From Lingula anatina (Eukaryota > Animalia > Brachiopoda), in the NCBI GenBank assembly GCA_051362555.1, contig CM120647.1, positions 16,344,651 through 16,408,650 of the forward strand: DNA of 64,000 bases. Direction: 5' to 3'. Both the position numbers and the translations under genes were made by a program. This document shows, in pieces, positions 63,054-64,000 of this stretch (positions are counted from its first letter, which is position 1; every line of letters begins with the position of its first letter). The notes under the pieces were generated by a model that was given only the letters and a program-made list of their open reading frames with translations, was not told the origin of the DNA and ran no database searches.

Positions 63054-64000
63054 ACTCCACCACGACAACGACCGAGCCCCTGAATCGGGACCTGGATCTA
63101 GCAAATTACCTTTTGCATAAAAATACGGTTTACTTTAGAAATTTAACATTAAATGATCGATTTAAAACGATCGTATTGCTGGTCATTAGAATAAAGTCTG
63201 AGTCGTCAATAATATTCCCTTTCTCTTCAGTTAAAAGTTCTTAGATTTGTGCTACAGCTCTTGTACTTAAATTGAGCTATAGCTAACGCTGTATGTTCTG
63301 CATTTTATCAAAATGTGCTATCTTCTCGGTGGGATTATCAGAGATAAAATTTTTTATTTTTTTACAAAAGCCTCTATTGCTTTTACCGAGCACACATTTT
63401 GTCTTTTCATGCCCCTCCTTTCCTTTCTTGCACCCTTGCTTCTCAAGACTGTTCATATGCTCGTACAGTACCCGGGGCAAGTTAGCAGTCGACATTTGAA
63501 AGAGTGAAGACTAATCAATACTAAAAACCGCCCAGGTGTGAACAGCTGTGGACCTCGTCGCACTGTGTATCGTCAATGGTGAAAGCAAACGTTATCTCAG
63601 TGCAAAAGAAATGAAAATTAAAAAGTCTCTGAAGTCATTTAGCTAGGAACGTTCCGAGCAGGCCTATCAATGAAAGCCAACGAACTTGAATTGATTCAGT
63701 AGCTTTTCCGGTATAACAGCACGTCACACCACCTGTTCACCGTGTTCAGCAGAAAAAAAGATATCTTCTCGGTGGAATTATTTGCAAAATATGTTTTATT
63801 CAAAATTTCCGTCGCTGCAATTGCTTATATGTAAAATGCACTAGTTATTACACATTTGAATGTTTTTTCCCTCTCTTCTTAGGGTCTCGCAAAAACTAAA
63901 ACACGCCTGTTGTGAACCGCCTTTGATCCCATTGTACTCTTTAATATAATGGGTAGAGCCAAAATTAATCTTAGTATAAAACAAACTCCGAGCTCTGTAC

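Larger units (their letters stand above)
61286..64000 (+). repeat. Head-to-tail tandem array, unit ~1.43 kb (first unit shorter, 1147 bp), running off the window end
   Basis: The landmark TTAGGG|TCTCGCAAAAACTAAAACACGCC occurs at 61311, 62458 and 63885; the copies are near-identical apart from a few indels. Confidence 0.95.

Noticed and set aside
61842-63507. Duplicated 60-76 aa ORFs in the array
   Set aside because: Identical only because of the DNA repeat; frames differ between copies and there are no protein motifs

Overview
AT-rich animal genomic DNA with spliceosomal introns, microsatellites and poly-G/poly-A tracts. The protein style suggests a lophotrochozoan or mollusc-like invertebrate, which is inference only. 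It is not prokaryotic, so most short ORFs and the GTG/TTG starts in the ORF track are noise. Five protein-coding genes were reconstructed by hand. (1) A 5-exon YTHDF m6A reader (+, 4935-13297, ~532 aa). (2, 3) Two convergent DHHC palmitoyltransferases with intronless CDS (15656-16636 +, 18025-19128 -). (4) A divergent 4-exon acireductone dioxygenase ADI1 ending in a CaaX box (+, 20989-24897, 195 aa). (5) A FAM167-family gene (-, 27013-31618, ~1335 aa) with a 3.3-kb disordered-region exon and probable distant non-coding first exons up to ~58.1 kb. The stretch from 32 to 61 kb is largely intronic or intergenic, with MITEs and simple repeats. From ~61.3 kb to the window end there is a tandem array (periods 1147 and 1427 bp) carrying Pol III A/B-box elements that are not canonical tRNAs, one of them vault-RNA-like. 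The most notable signals are: a 599-nt AG-free zone before the large YTHDF exon; the Pol III ncRNA array; the CaaX-tailed ADI1 in a neighbourhood of lipidation-related genes; and a chain of abutting uORFs leading into the second DHHC gene.
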